From contig JBEWZL010000253.1 in NCBI GenBank assembly GCA_045837725.1, positions 124,001-188,000 on the forward strand: 64,000 nt of DNA, in the 5' to 3' direction. Position numbers and translations under genes: made by a program. This document shows, in pieces, positions 28,752-41,523 of this stretch. The notes beneath the pieces were generated by a model. The model made no database searches. It was not told the DNA's origin and saw nothing but the letters and a program-made list of their open reading frames with translations. Source of the DNA: Vermamoeba vermiformis (taxonomy: Eukaryota). The stretch's first letter is position 1. Each line of letters opens with the position of its first letter.

Positions 28752-30111
28752 ATGAACACATCACACTTTATCAGGTTAGTATTCAGCGTTGCCTTGATTA
28801 TATTAGTTGGAAGCATTTTTGTAATGAACAACGGCATAAAAGCTGATCTAACTTGTGAGTGTCCAGAAAATAACAAAAATCTACAAAATAATCCTATAGC
28901 CCAAGCCCCTGTGGCTTGCAATAATTCCATCCAACTCAAACCAGAAGTAAAAAATAATTATCCGAATTATACATTGGTGATTGGAATTCCGACAACAGCC
29001 GCTACAACTGAGCGGCGCATGCAGATGAGACTGACATATATTAATCGGTACAAAGAAGTTTATTGTCCTTACTGTTCACCGCCTCATTCAAACCCTCAGG
29101 TACAATTTTTTTAATTAACAGTCGGTCGAAATCAGTACTAACTACAGTGATTATTATAGGTGCGCGTATTATTTTTCCTTGGCGCTGTGAAAGAAGGATT
29201 GGAATTAATACAAGCTGAACAAAGAATGTTTGGTGACATTGTGTTTCTGAACGTGGCTGAAGCAATGAACGAAGGCAAGACGTATGAGATGTTATCATGG
29301 ATCACAAAGAATATGAAAGCACGCTATGTGATGAAAGCAGATGATGACAGCTTCGTTGTGATTCCAAATCTGCTCAAACGATTGGAACATTACAGCAAAC
29401 AACTAAATAGTACGTTATTTCGTTAATAATACAAGCAACATTTCTCTCATATTAACAACTCTCTACCAAAGATGGTCACCTCTATTACGGATTCTCAATC
29501 TTTGAAAAGCCAAATACGCGTGGTGTGTTCATGGCTGGCATGGGGTACGATTGAATTGACCAATCACTAGTTGTTGTCAGGTGTTAATATCGAAGCAGGT
29601 ACATCATGGACTACAGTCTGACATATACACTTGTCTCACGGCAGCAGATAAAACGCGGCCCTGAAGACATCAAAGTCAGTCACTGGGTGCGTCAAATCAT
29701 GGCTGAAGGTACTGTAACACTAGCACTTCTACTATCTTCGCGGCGAATAATGCTCACACAATTCCAGGTGCCAATGTGGTTCATATCGGCAACACGCGTC
29801 ACTTCCACGACACACCACATTACAGCGGCATTGTATCGTGGGAGTACAACTGTCACGATGTACTGCTGCACCAAGTCAAAACAACTTTCTTGTGGAACGA
29901 AGCAGCCAACTACTATCTCAACTGCTGTGGTGTGGATGAGCAGAGTGCTGCACAACATCCCATTTGCACCACAAAGATTGTCAGCAACACGCTCTGCAAC
30001 AATAATGCAACACGTGGCATTGACTGCTATCACTTGAAGCTGCACACCATGAAGACTTTTGAGGTGATAAATAATGATGTATTCATAGACGACGGTGAAT
30101 TGGAGCTATGA
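28752..30111 (+). CDS. GT31 beta-1,3-galactosyltransferase-like protein, copy 2 (tandem paralog)
   Basis: Same motifs and exon structure as 27055-28507. Confidence 0.88.
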
Positions 30112-30201
30112 GCAATGTAAATAAATCACGGGCGGACTATAACAAACAAAATTTATTTCGCAAATTGAGTTATTAAACAAGTTGTGTTACCCGATTATTG
30201 T

Positions 30202-30285
30202 TTAGTGCTTTTTGAAGCGTTTTCTCTTCTTATTCTAAAAGGGAATGAGTCAGTATTGCAACTATATTGAAGTATGATATTGTTG

Positions 30286-30317
<32 letters not shown>

Positions 30318-33067
30318 GGCATCATCATGTTACTCACCGGGTTGACATCAGTAATAATATTCGTGCGCTCATAGCTCTGATCTTGCATTGCATCGCTGTA
30401 CTTGCGCTTGTTGGAGTTGCGCGACAAAGTTAACAGAGGATTTGATTGCGCGTTCAATTTGCGTTTCTGTCAGTAGAAATTAGCATCGCGCAAGCTTACA
30501 TGGGATTACTACGTACAAATTGTCTGAAGTTCTTGTTGTAGCCAAGAATTTCATCAGGCTCTTCAGTGTGGATCTTGGTGCCCGCTGATTCACCTTTCTT
30601 TTGCGGCAACAAGTAGTGCGGCACGAACTTCAAGTGCGTCAACACACGCGAGGCCTGCATTGATAGGGTTAATGGGTGATACTATGGCATGTGCTCGGCG
30701 AGGTGTGACTTACTTGCAAGGGGCGATGATGTTGCAAACTCTCCAAGTCACGAGGATTGTCTTCAAAGTGCGACTGAACAACGAATTAGCTGCTGCAACG
30801 ACAAATAGTACCTCTGGCGGTCTTTTCTTACCTTGAGCTTTTCAGAATTGAGAATTTCAAGCTTGATGTCTTGAATGCGCGCATCTTTGACGTGGGCGCC
30901 AGTGACGGATCTGAGCACGTCTTCAACACGATAACGGAATCCTTCGACAATAGCCATCTTGAACTCATAGGGCTGAATAGTGCGACCTTCATCTTCTTGG
31001 TCTTCTTGCACTTGGGCCAACAGCTGTTTGTCGTCATCGGTCACAAAACTCAACGCAACACCAGCATTGCCAGCTCTGTTACAGTGCGATTAGTACGACT
31101 ACGTTATGTTCATATGGAGCTATCGAGTACCTAGCAGTACGACCAATGCGGTGCACGTAGTTCTTGGCAGTGCGCGGGAAGTCAAAGTTGATGACAATCT
31201 GCACGGACTTGAAATCAACACCACGTGTAACGCCGTATTCTTTGTCTTGCGACTCGGTCTTTTGACTGTGTTTCTTGGCCTTCAACTTGTCGTGCTTGGC
31301 CTTGTTGCGCAGTGCTTTCTTCTCTTCTTTGCTCAACTGTTTCTTGACGTCGCTCATCAGTGCCGTGTCAAAGTCATCACCGCTCTCGCTCTCCTCTTGC
31401 TCCTCGTCCTCTTCACCGCTGTGATCTGCGTTGTCCTCGGACATCTCTTCATTGTCGTCCTCGGCGTCATTCTCGTCCTCGTCATCGTCTTCGTTGTCGC
31501 CCTCGCTGCCATTCTCCACGTCATCGTCGCTGTCTTCAGCTGCATTGTCATCACTCGCCTCTTGTGCCTCGTTCTCTTCACCGCTCTGATCATCTTCAGC
31601 ACTCGCCTCGTCGTCTTCTTTGTTGTACTTGGACTTCTCATCGGTAGCAATTAAAATATCGAAATAGCCGTGATTGAATTCCTAGTATTAATCGCAGTTA
31701 TATACTGGTGTATCGTTTAATATATCAATGCAATGTACCTGCACGATGTGATAGCGTGAGTTGTGCGGCAGTTCAGAGTTGAGGACTGCAGATTTAATCG
31801 AGAATCGTTCCAAGAACAACTTCAATCTGAATGCTTGATCGATCTCATTCACGAACACGATCATCTTGCCGCTGATCAACTTGAGCTTGAGCATGACGTA
31901 GATCAGCAAAAACTTGTCTTTTTGAGGACAGAAGATGACGTATTGCTGCAGCTTAGTCGCCAAGCTAGTGTCCTCTTCGAGTTTCAATATAGCAGGTGTG
32001 TGCAGCACTAATCGCTTCAGATTTTCAACATCGTCGTCCAATGTAGCGGACATGAGGAAGCCTTGACAGATCTTCGGCAGCTTTTGTACAATTGTTTCGA
32101 TATCGCCCTAACAGACGTTAATACAGTGCATTAGATATTAAACGGTCACGCGTACCTTGTAACCATAAGACAGAATAAGATCTGCCTCGTCTATCACCAG
32201 AAATTTGAGTGTCTTTGTCACGGAGATGTGCTATTAACGGAATTAATATCGAGCATACTACAGTGCCTTATTATATGCACGTACTCCTTTCTTTAAGTGT
32301 TCAACCAATCGACCAGGAGTGGCTACAACTATGTCTGGCAGTTCCGCCAAACGAGGTCTGAATACTCGTCAGCTCTGAGCAGTATATACTATAGTATTGC
32401 ATACCTCTGTATATCGATGCTTTGATCAGCAGCCAACTGCAAATATGAGAAGAGATTGGCACAGTATTTAGTCAGGCCTGCCAACACGGCAATCACTTGA
32501 ATGCAGAGCTCGTGCGTGGGTACTAAGACTAGGACCTTGACGCCAGGTGTATATTCGCCATTCTATTCGACGAATTAGAATTAGTAACAGTTAACAATAA
32601 CGATCTGCGTGATCCAAATCCGATCCGAATCTCAAGCGAAAACAAAATGTCGAATTAAATTGCCACAAAGCGTATAAAATTGTAATAATAATTACCTCTT
32701 TTTCTCTCAATAATTGTTGCAAAATTGGAATGATGTAAGCTCCTGTTTTACCAGATCCAGTTCGCGCCCGGGCCAATATGTCTTTTCCTGTTAGTAAAAA
32801 TTAATGTAATTATTCGCCTGTTTAACTTCTCCAATAGATGAATTAACCGTGACATCTGAATGCGATTTGGATCGAATCCACTTTGAGTGAACATCAATGT
32901 TAAGCTCTAAATTAATACACACCGTTTAAAGCCAATTTAACAGCCTGTGATTGCACGAGAGTTGGTCTCTCCCAGCCCATGTCTTGTGAGATGGCCTTCA
33001 TCAGACGTGGATCAAGCTGAAAGTCAGCCCATTGCGCGTCACGATCGATGATTGAAGAATCTGCCAT
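30202..33067 (-). CDS. DBP9: DEAD-box RNA helicase DBP9/DDX56
   Basis: [74 protein letters not shown]. Confidence 0.95.
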
Positions 33068-33336
33068 TGTTATTGTGCTGTGCTAATTGACTGACGACAA
33101 ACTATAGAGTGATTCATCAAACAATTTTTTTCCATTTCACACAGCGAACTAGCAACCACCAGAAAAGTCTTCTTCCAGGACTGAATACAGGGACCTCGAT
33201 CCAGGGGATAGTAAACATGGGCTTTGCGGTGTTACAATACGGGGTTTTTGCCGCCAAAAGTTAAATTCGTGGGAACTAGCCGTTTTCAAAACAATTTTTT
33301 ATTTTGTCAATCTTTTGACAACCACAATAGCCACCG

Positions 33337-34057
33337 ATGGAAAATACTTATATTCACGTAGTCAAATTTTTAAACGGATCATCTTGCACCGAGTATCACC
33401 TCGCAATGGTTGAATTAGATGCGAATAGTGACCTAATACCATTTTGTGCCCACACACTAAGTAATTACGCCAAGAGAGTAATGAAGCAACTATTAATAGT
33501 AAGTTTACTTAAAAACTATGCAGAATAATCATTATAATAACACGAATTTTAGATCTTAAGCGAACTGCATGAACGGAACTTAGTTCATCGATTCATATGC
33601 CCAGAGGCCATCAAGTGGCGATGGAACTCTAAAGGCAAGCCAGACGTTTATCTTGGCAATTTGTTCCTGCTTACAGAGGTTGTCTACACACGCCCTGGTT
33701 TTCAAAGAGTCGCGAGCGCACCGTTCACAGGGCCTTATTATCCACCAGAGCATTTCATAGGCCGGGCTTCGGCCTCGTACGCACACGATATCTATTCAGC
33801 AGGAGTAATATTTGCCGAGCTGGTAAGCGCGCACCACTTCCGCGTTTTGCCTTACGCTGCTTTAGTTACTCAATGACCTGCCGGATACTACGATCATCGA
33901 GTGCTTCGGCAGGACGTTCCCTACGGCAATAGTAACAAAGGACGCAAAGTGGCGCAAGGTCGATAGAAGAGCACGTAAAATTGTCAAGAATATGATCGAC
34001 ATGCCGTTGTTGAGGGAACATTTATCTGAACACCTCAAGAGCAGCTACTTCAAGTAA
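33337..34057 (+). CDS. Short protein-kinase-like protein (probable pseudokinase, mostly C-lobe)
   Basis: Three cleanly spliced exons: VMKQLLIILSELHERNLVHRFICPEAI, VYLGNLFL, YYPPE, HDIYSAGVIFAELL. Confidence 0.65.
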
Positions 34058-34314
34058 TAGCTCTACGTTATTCTCTTGTAAATAGTGTAATTAGTATCGC
34101 GTACATCTATTGGAACAGAAATTTGCATTACGTTAAATTTACAACTACAGCTTGAAATCAAGTGCAAATACCCAACTCATACAACGTACTTGATATTTAC
34201 TTACGAGTTCGGGGCCACCAGCTTTTGGTAGCGCTACAAAATTTGGTTTACAACTGCCCTTGTGAGACAACTTCTCCATGACGTTAACCCGAGGCGCGTG
34301 TCGCAAATCAACAA

Positions 34315-34385
34315 GGCGCTTTAGTTAAGTGGTAAAATTCCTGCTTTGGGTGCAGGAGGCGTCGGTTCGATTCCGGCAAGCGCCC
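34315..34385 (+). tRNA. tRNA-Pro (anticodon TGG)
   Basis: Acceptor stem GGCGCTT/AAGCGCC, anticodon arm CCTGC-TTTGGGT-GCAGG, GGTTCGATTCC, then a poly-T terminator. Confidence 0.92.
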
Positions 34386-34432
34386 ATCTTTTTTTTTTTG
34401 TCTTCTCGTGTGTTACACTATTTTATTAAATC

Positions 34433-35646
34433 TTACAAAGCACTCAGATACTTGTCGATAGCCAGTGTAAAGAGCAGGTTGTCATCGTTTTGTGGAGATC
34501 GGCCCGTAATAAGATTAGTGCCGTTGAGCACCACTGGCTGGTCCAAGTAGATTGCACCACTGTTAATCAAGTCTAGTTTGATCGCTGGTGAACCGGTGAG
34601 TGGTGTGCCTCGTGCTAGCTGCGCTTCAATCAGCACTGTAGAGCCTGATAGTGACTATCAATCTTAAGTTCTGTACTACGTGTACACGGAGTACGTACCT
34701 GAGCAGACAGTGGCTACCAATCTACCAGAGAGGAACTGCTGTCGAATCAATCTGATGGCGTCTGTTCGTCAGCCTGCATTAACTACAGCTCTCTATTCAA
34801 CTAATGACGCACCTTCATCATTGCGCACGACTGTTGAGCTCCACACACCACCAGGCACCACTAGCGCGTCATATCGCAGGGCCAGTGCCTCCTTGAAGTT
34901 GCGATCACTCTTGGCTGCAGTGCACCAATCAGTACTATGGAACACAGTTGTATTGTAATGGTACGTACTCCATGTAGTGGCGCGAACAAATTCGCAGGCC
35001 ACAATGTAGCCTGGGACCCACCACGGTGTAATGACTTCCTAATGGTGCAATGAGACATCGCATAGCAAACGTCAGCCTATTTATACTACATACGACTGTA
35101 GCTCCACGACTAGCGAAGTAAATCCAGGGAAATGTCAGTTCAACTTCTTCAAAGCAGTGCGAGGCCACAAAACCAATTCGTTTGCCTAAAAAGTGTAAAT
35201 AGGTGTTCAATAACTACGGTAGTTCATACCTGCAAGAGATTGTGGATTATCAACAGGTGGCTGGTCGTCTTTGTACTTCATGCCGCGCAGTCCTCGTTGG
35301 TCTTCTTGATCTGCCAACAACTCGATTAATGGGTGCGTCATCCATCGTAGTCCTATATTCGAATAGCTTAAATTGAGAACTATCCTCTTCAACGTCAAAT
35401 CCACTTATTAATGCCGAAATTGTTTAATGGGTATGAAAGTTAATGGTCTGCTTTAGCGAGCTTCAATATAGACATGATTTTACCGAGCGATAATACTGGA
35501 GAGAAGGTGTTATTGTAGGCCGTTAAAACAGTTGCGTCGATTCCCAGCGAGCCGAGAAGTCGATTCTGTTGGTCGATCCAGTAGCTGTTCGCAGTGCAAA
35601 TCGCAATAATAGCACAGAATGCAATGGTAGCTAGTACACGGCGCAT
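34433..35646 (-). CDS. DJ-1/PfpI family protein with signal peptide
   Basis: MRRVLATIAFCAIIAICTA; GKRIGFVASHCFEEVELTFP; YDALVVPGG; ATVCSG; DQPVVLNGTNLITGRSP. Confidence 0.85.
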
Positions 35647-36184
35647 TTGTGTTGATTGTGTGCGTTGAATATGCAATTGTCAGTTGACATTTTTATCGTG
35701 GTCAGAAGAAGCTTCGGTCTCAAAGTTCGAACTTGGTCTGGTTTTCAGGTATTCCTATAATCGCACCATTGCCGTTGTTCTCATGGATGTGGCAAGCTGC
35801 TGTACTAAACCAATAGCGGTATTGCTCTGCGTGCTACTTAAAGGGCTCAAATAGGGAGTCCAAAGAGTTCGGCGCGTCATCAATCTCACTTCGTTTGACA
35901 GCGATTGTCAGTGCTTCAACGAGAGTGCCACGACATTAGCAGCACACTTCAATAGCACTCCCAAAGTAACCGGTACAGAATAGTACTGTGTGACCACATC
36001 AGGTCTGCACTGTGCCGTATCAGTGCTAGCACCACACCCGTGCAATGTTGCAGTCCCTCGCTGCAGTGTTGAATGTCGACTAGGTGCTGGTGTGGATGAG
36101 CACCACTGTCACTGCATCCAGTCACACCCGCTCTCAAGTGCACTATCTCTGGTACTATTGTAGCCTTAACCCGGGTCGTTTATT

Positions 36185-36592
36185 CTAAGATTTGAGTGCA
36201 AAGCTGACGCCACAGCCGCAGCTCTTGGACGCATTGGGATTGCTCACCACGGCAAAACAATTGCGCGCCAATTCGTCAATGTAGTCGATGGTGGCACCTT
36301 GCAGCAGGGGCAGCGAGATGTCGTCGACTAGCACTTGAGCACCGTCCTTCTCGAACACGACGTCGTCTGCGCGAGGGGGCTGGTCTTCAATCAGAAATTT
36401 GACTTCGAAGCCGCTGCAGCCCCCCGAGTCCACTTGAATTCTGAGGCGGATCTGCTCGTTCTGTTCCTCCGCGCGCAACTCTTTCACTTTCTGCGCCGCT
36501 GCTGCTGTCACTGTCAACTCGCTCGCTGTGCCGATGCGCGTGCTGTACAGTGCGCGACACGTGCTGATCACGTGACTGGTACTTGGTGACAC
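36185..36592 (-). CDS. ISCA2: Mitochondrial A-type Fe-S carrier IscA2/Isa2 (no in-frame ATG)
   Basis: LRIQVDSGGCSGF, DDISLPLLQGATIDY and NPNASKSCGCGVSF. Confidence 0.9.
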   Translation of the reverse strand: MSPSTSHVISTCRALYSTRIGTASELTVTAAAAQKVKELRAEEQNEQIRLRIQVDSGGCSGFEVKFLIEDQPPRADDVVFEKDGAQVLVDDISLPLLQGATIDYIDELARNCFAVVSNPNASKSCGCGVSFALKS

Positions 36593-37483
36593 GTGTCACT
36601 CGTCGACTCGCGCGCCACAGTCCTGTCACGTGACTGCGCAGTGTGTGATGTGCGAGTGAGTGTGAGCACGTGACAGTGCTGTACTGGCGCACTTGATTGC
36701 CATTTAAGGCAAGTGAGTCGTTGCTGTCAGTGGCTGTTGAATCAGTCGTGGTCGCGCGCGCAGTGTCCATATTGATCTGCGCCGTATTGTGTGCAACAGC
36801 AGGTGTGTGGTGCTGTTCATCGTGCTGCAGTGCGCGCAATTGATCGCGGATCAGCGCGCTCTTCAACTGAATGTCTTGCTTGTCTGAGTAGTGGCGTCAG
36901 ATCACTGGGCTCCATATAATGCAATACTTGTTATTAATACGTACTTTTTAATGTACAGGTGTATTGGTGCAGTATTTTGTTCTCAATGAGGTCCCAGCTG
37001 AACCCAAGCGACCGTAACTCGATCGCGCGTTCATTGACTGTAGGAAAGAATTCTTTGGCTTTAACTGCGGTCAATATGTCAGCATTATTATTATTATTTG
37101 ATAATGTTGTATTTGGAACAACGGCGGAGGAATAAATGAGTTCAGATTCCGAAATAATAGAAAAAACATGCAATTAATAATATTCCATTTTCCATTAATT
37201 ACTCACGCATTTTATCTCGCTCCTCCTTCATTAATTTTCTCTTAAAATCGACTTGGAATTTAGTTTTGGGCTGTGCGCGCAGTTGCAGATCCTTTTTGAT
37301 CCGTTGTTCCTCAGCAATCTGTTCGTTGACTGGCAGTGGATTGTGCTTCTTCATCTTATCTTGCAGCTCTAGATCTGCCACCTTCTGCTTCACTTTCTTC
37401 TTCTGCGCTTGTTTGGCGCGATCCAGCAGAATCCGCTTGACGGTTCTGTTGAGCGTAGTGCCAGGCAGTCTAATAGGTATCAT
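36593..37483 (-). CDS. Basic, probably mitochondrial protein whose reading frame runs into IscA2
   Basis: ATG at 37483, MIPIRLPGTTLNRTVKRILL...; two canonical introns; the third exon has no stop before the IscA2 region. Confidence 0.6.
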
Positions 37484-37612
37484 ATGTACAATATATACTG
37501 TTGTTGTATTCGCTCGAGTAGTGGCAATAAAATAATAATGTTCTACCAAGTTCCAGATCCGGTTCATTTTTCTCAACTTAATAACGAGCACAATAGAGCT
37601 CAGTGCATAGAG

Positions 37613-38432
37613 ATGGCTGAAGAACTGCCAAAGCGCACCACTCGACGCTATGACCGAGTACCTGACTTTTTAGAGCCTGATTTTAATGCCAACTCTATCG
37701 ATGCCCATCTCAAGGCTAGAGATCAACGTATTCGTGAATATGCAGTAGCAACAGAGGACTTTAAAGCTCTTCAGAGACAATTGAGTAAGTTAATGTGATA
37801 ATCAACGAATTATAGAGCTAAATCTGATGCGCACTTTTATAATAATTATTTGTGGTGGTTATTATAATTATTCTCACATGCAATAATTTATTATCATCAT
37901 TTTATACAATTATTGTGCTATTACTCTTATTATTAATGAAATTACAAATGTAAAAATGAAATTATAAAATAATATGGCATCCACAACGCTAGTACCACCT
38001 CACAATCACGAACTACTTTAGAATAATATACGATTATCAATAATCTTCTGGCTCAATAATTATCATTATTCAAATACACCCATAAATATCTCAGCTTGCA
38101 TCATTAATTAATCCCCTCCTTGACCCTATTCGCGCTAACTATGCACCCCCTGACTGACCACACTACTAGGCGATTGTTATTTCAAAGCTGGACCCTACGA
38201 GCACGTCAAGGCCTGTCAGCCCCTCGCGCGTGAAATACTGCGTCGCATGAAGTGTTTCCGCTACAACTGCGATGGCGGCGTGTTCTCGCAGCCCTATCAG
38301 TACAAACAACACTCGTGGTACAATGCGGGCCAGGACAGCGACACGGCCTATCAGAGCAAGGCCAATGCGCACGACGACCACATTGCCGCTGAACTCGAAA
38401 AGAAAGCTGCGCACTCGCCCTCGCATCACTAG
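37613..38432 (+). CDS. NDUFB10: Complex I subunit NDUFB10 (PDSW)-like
   Basis: ARDQRIREYAVATEDFKALQRQLSDCYFKAGPYEHVKACQPLAREIL matches the RE...CY..G..H...C pattern. Confidence 0.75.
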
Positions 38433-38767
38433 CTTATATATATAGCATTCGTAATACTCGTGGTACTATAGTCTCGTTGTCATTCAACTCTGTGAATAAA
38501 AACTAAATTAGAAACATGCCAATGACACTGGATCCCGATCTGTCAGTACGCAACACGACTCGCACAATGATGAGTGCACGGCCGAGTGATACAAGTGGTG
38601 AGTTTAATAACAAGAGTGATACAAAAACAGCGAGATTATGACACAAAAAGGAGTTATTTTTAGCTCCGCCCTTTGCATTGCACTGCAGGTATTAGCCTCA
38701 ATCAATGCACGAGGGGTGAACTAACCATAATAATAATAATGATAATAATATATTATACTACGAGTGC

Positions 38768-41523
38768 TTATTCATCGTCCTCATCAGGGGCCTGATCGTA
38801 GCCTGTCTTTTCGCGCACTGTCTTGAAAAAGCTGGTGAATTTGGAGCCAGGACAGGGCTTCTTCAAGTACAATTCTTTCGGGGCCTGGTGGACAGTTAGT
38901 ACCTTGCCTAATATGGCAATCGTGTCAGCGTACCGTGTTGATGAGTACTTCTAAACCACCCTGCGCTTCAATCTTCTTCTGCCCCTTCGAGCTCTTCAAA
39001 TAGACGTAATAGCCCGAGCGGTCCTTCATAATGTTGATGCGCTGATGTGAGATCTTGCCGTCCTTGCCCACCTTGCTGATCGTGAACGGTGTCTTCTCGG
39101 GCTCTGTGAGGGACACGCGCACCAAGTACGTGCCGGGCTTTTGCGGCTCCAACAGTGTCTCTGAGCCCGGTCGTTCAATGTCGCCGTGGAACCACCTGTC
39201 ACTGCGTCAGTCACTGTTTGACACATGTCACAGCGCGGTACTTACGGGTTCTCGCAAACAGTTTGCATTGTGTCTAAAATGTTCTTCTTGGGACCTTTGA
39301 GCGGACCAAACCACTTGGTGAACAGACTGAAGCGCTCCAATGTGGCCACTTGTCGGTCATCGCGCTTGTTGCTCAGCGCACACAGCGCAGACAAGAGACG
39401 GAATTGCAGGTCTTTGGGACCAGGGGGCGGCAGTTTGAGTGTGGCGTACAGGGCCTTGGCGAATTTGGCAAAATCAACGGTGCTAAATAGAGCTCGATTA
39501 GTCACATCACGCATTGATAGTAGTGCATTAACGGCGTACTCTTTGCCCTTGAAGTTGTTGCTCCACAAGCCCTGTGCATCGAGATCACCATCGAGGGCGC
39601 ACTCGATCATGGCCTCGTCGAGGTAGTTGATGATTTGATCGAAGGACGGACGCACACTCGGATCTTCATTCCACGCAGCTGCAAGAGTGTTCAGATGAGT
39701 GTCTGCCACACTAGACGGCAGTAGTAGTATAGGACGTACCTTCCATCAGCTTTTTGATCGGGCCCGGCACATCAGCAGGGATGGGCGGACGTTCTTTCTT
39801 GTCGCACACCGCGCGCACAAAGTTGTTGTACGAGTCGTGTGTCTCGAATGGCTCTTTGCGCGTCATGACCTCCCACAACACAATGGCAAAGCTGTACACG
39901 TCTGACTTCTCGTTCAACGGCTTGCCGCGCAACACTTCAGGACTCATCCACAGGGGCTGCAAGATGACACGTGTCAATCAGTGGTCGTTGTAAGAAATGG
40001 AATTCCAAAACCATATTTCAATGCCTAAATTAGGCAAACAAATCCTTCGCAAGAATACACGAAGAAGCCGAAAAGTGTAATTCAGTGAAAATCACAACAA
40101 GTCACGTGCTTCCACGATATTGCGATCATCGCTATGCATAGTACTACTAAATAAGGAAATGACTTACAGTACCAGGGGCTACACCATTGTCTTGCAGGGA
40201 CTCTGAGCGCTTGACAGCACTGAGCCCAAAGTCACAGAGCTTGACAGTCCAGTTCTCATCGACCTGTCACGTGATTGTCAGTGCTCGTTCAGTGAACGGT
40301 GAACACGTGCGTAACAGCGAATCATCAATTATCCGCAAGATTGTTACAATTCACATGTAGATTACAGCGCACATATCGACTATAAGTGGTATATATAATG
40401 TATGGTGCCTTGTATTAATTAATTGCAATAAAAGAAATTGTTGACCAGCTTGAAACTGAGATCGAGCAACAAAAAACACATGGAAATACATACCAGCAAG
40501 TTAGTAGGCTTGAGATCGCGGTGAATAATTGGTGGTTTTGAGCAATGCAGCCAGTTCATGCCCTGCGCGATGTCTTTGGCCCACTTGATCTTCTGGATGA
40601 GTGAAATCTCAATGTTGCTGTGCAGGATGTCGAAAAGATTACCGCGCGGCATCAATTCAGTGACAATAGCGAGGTGAGAGGGCTCAGTGCACGCACCCAT
40701 AAAGAGCACAATATTCGGGTGACGCAAGTGACTGGCGAGGAACAAGAATTAGTGCATCTGTTTGGCGACCATAAAGATATTACAATCACGTGTTGATATT
40801 ATTATTAATGCATATGACGCGTGTGTTTGTATTAAGAAATGGAAATGTAGCGCATAACGGAGAATGAATCCACAATTTAAAACTTAAAAAATTAATTAAT
40901 TGATATTAACTACTTAGGATAATAGTTCCGCTACGTATATAATGCACGATTATTTGAGTTAAAAATAATACAAATAAACCAATGCCGATCTGTCGGTTAA
41001 AAAAAAAAAAAAAAAATTCTCTGCTAGTCGCTACGTACGTCATGATCTGCACTTCCTTGCGGAACTCTTCGAGCACATTCTGATCAAGGTCTTGCGCCAA
41101 CAACTTCTTGATGGCAACTTGTTTGCCGCGACAGAGTCCCTTGTACACGGTACCGAAGCAACCACTGCCCAACTTCTCTTGAAACACGAGCTCGTGCGAG
41201 CCGATTTCAGGTGCTTGTACTTCAGTAGCATCAGTGTCGCCTGAGAGCGTGGAGGTGAAGAGCTTCTTCTTTTTCTGGAAATTAACAAGGTGGATGCAGT
41301 CAGTAAGTGGTCTGACAATCAGCGCCAAATAGTTCAAATGGTATGCAGTCAATTTCAAATATTACTGCGTTATTATGGTGATATTAAATAATTTTAAGGC
41401 CGTTACTAGAAGTAAAATTTCAGATTTGATCAAAAATAATAAACTCGTCATTGCTTGCTGAACGGTTGATTATCGTACATCGTCAATTGTAAGACTGTCC
41501 AATGAATCAGCAATATTGGCCAT
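38768..41523 (-). CDS. shk: TKL kinase with C-terminal SH2 domain (Dictyostelium Shk-type)
   Basis: GSGCFG, HPNIVLFMG, HRDLKPTN, DFG, PLWMSPE, then SH2 WFHGDI...GTYLVRVS...FTISKV...HQRI. Confidence 0.88.

Noticed and set aside
30286-30312. Long poly-T tract
   Set aside because: Lies inside a DBP9 intron with no target-site duplication or retroelement body.
35700-36180. GC-rich intergenic stretch as a possible ncRNA or small gene
   Set aside because: No recognisable RNA family motifs and no convincing ORF.
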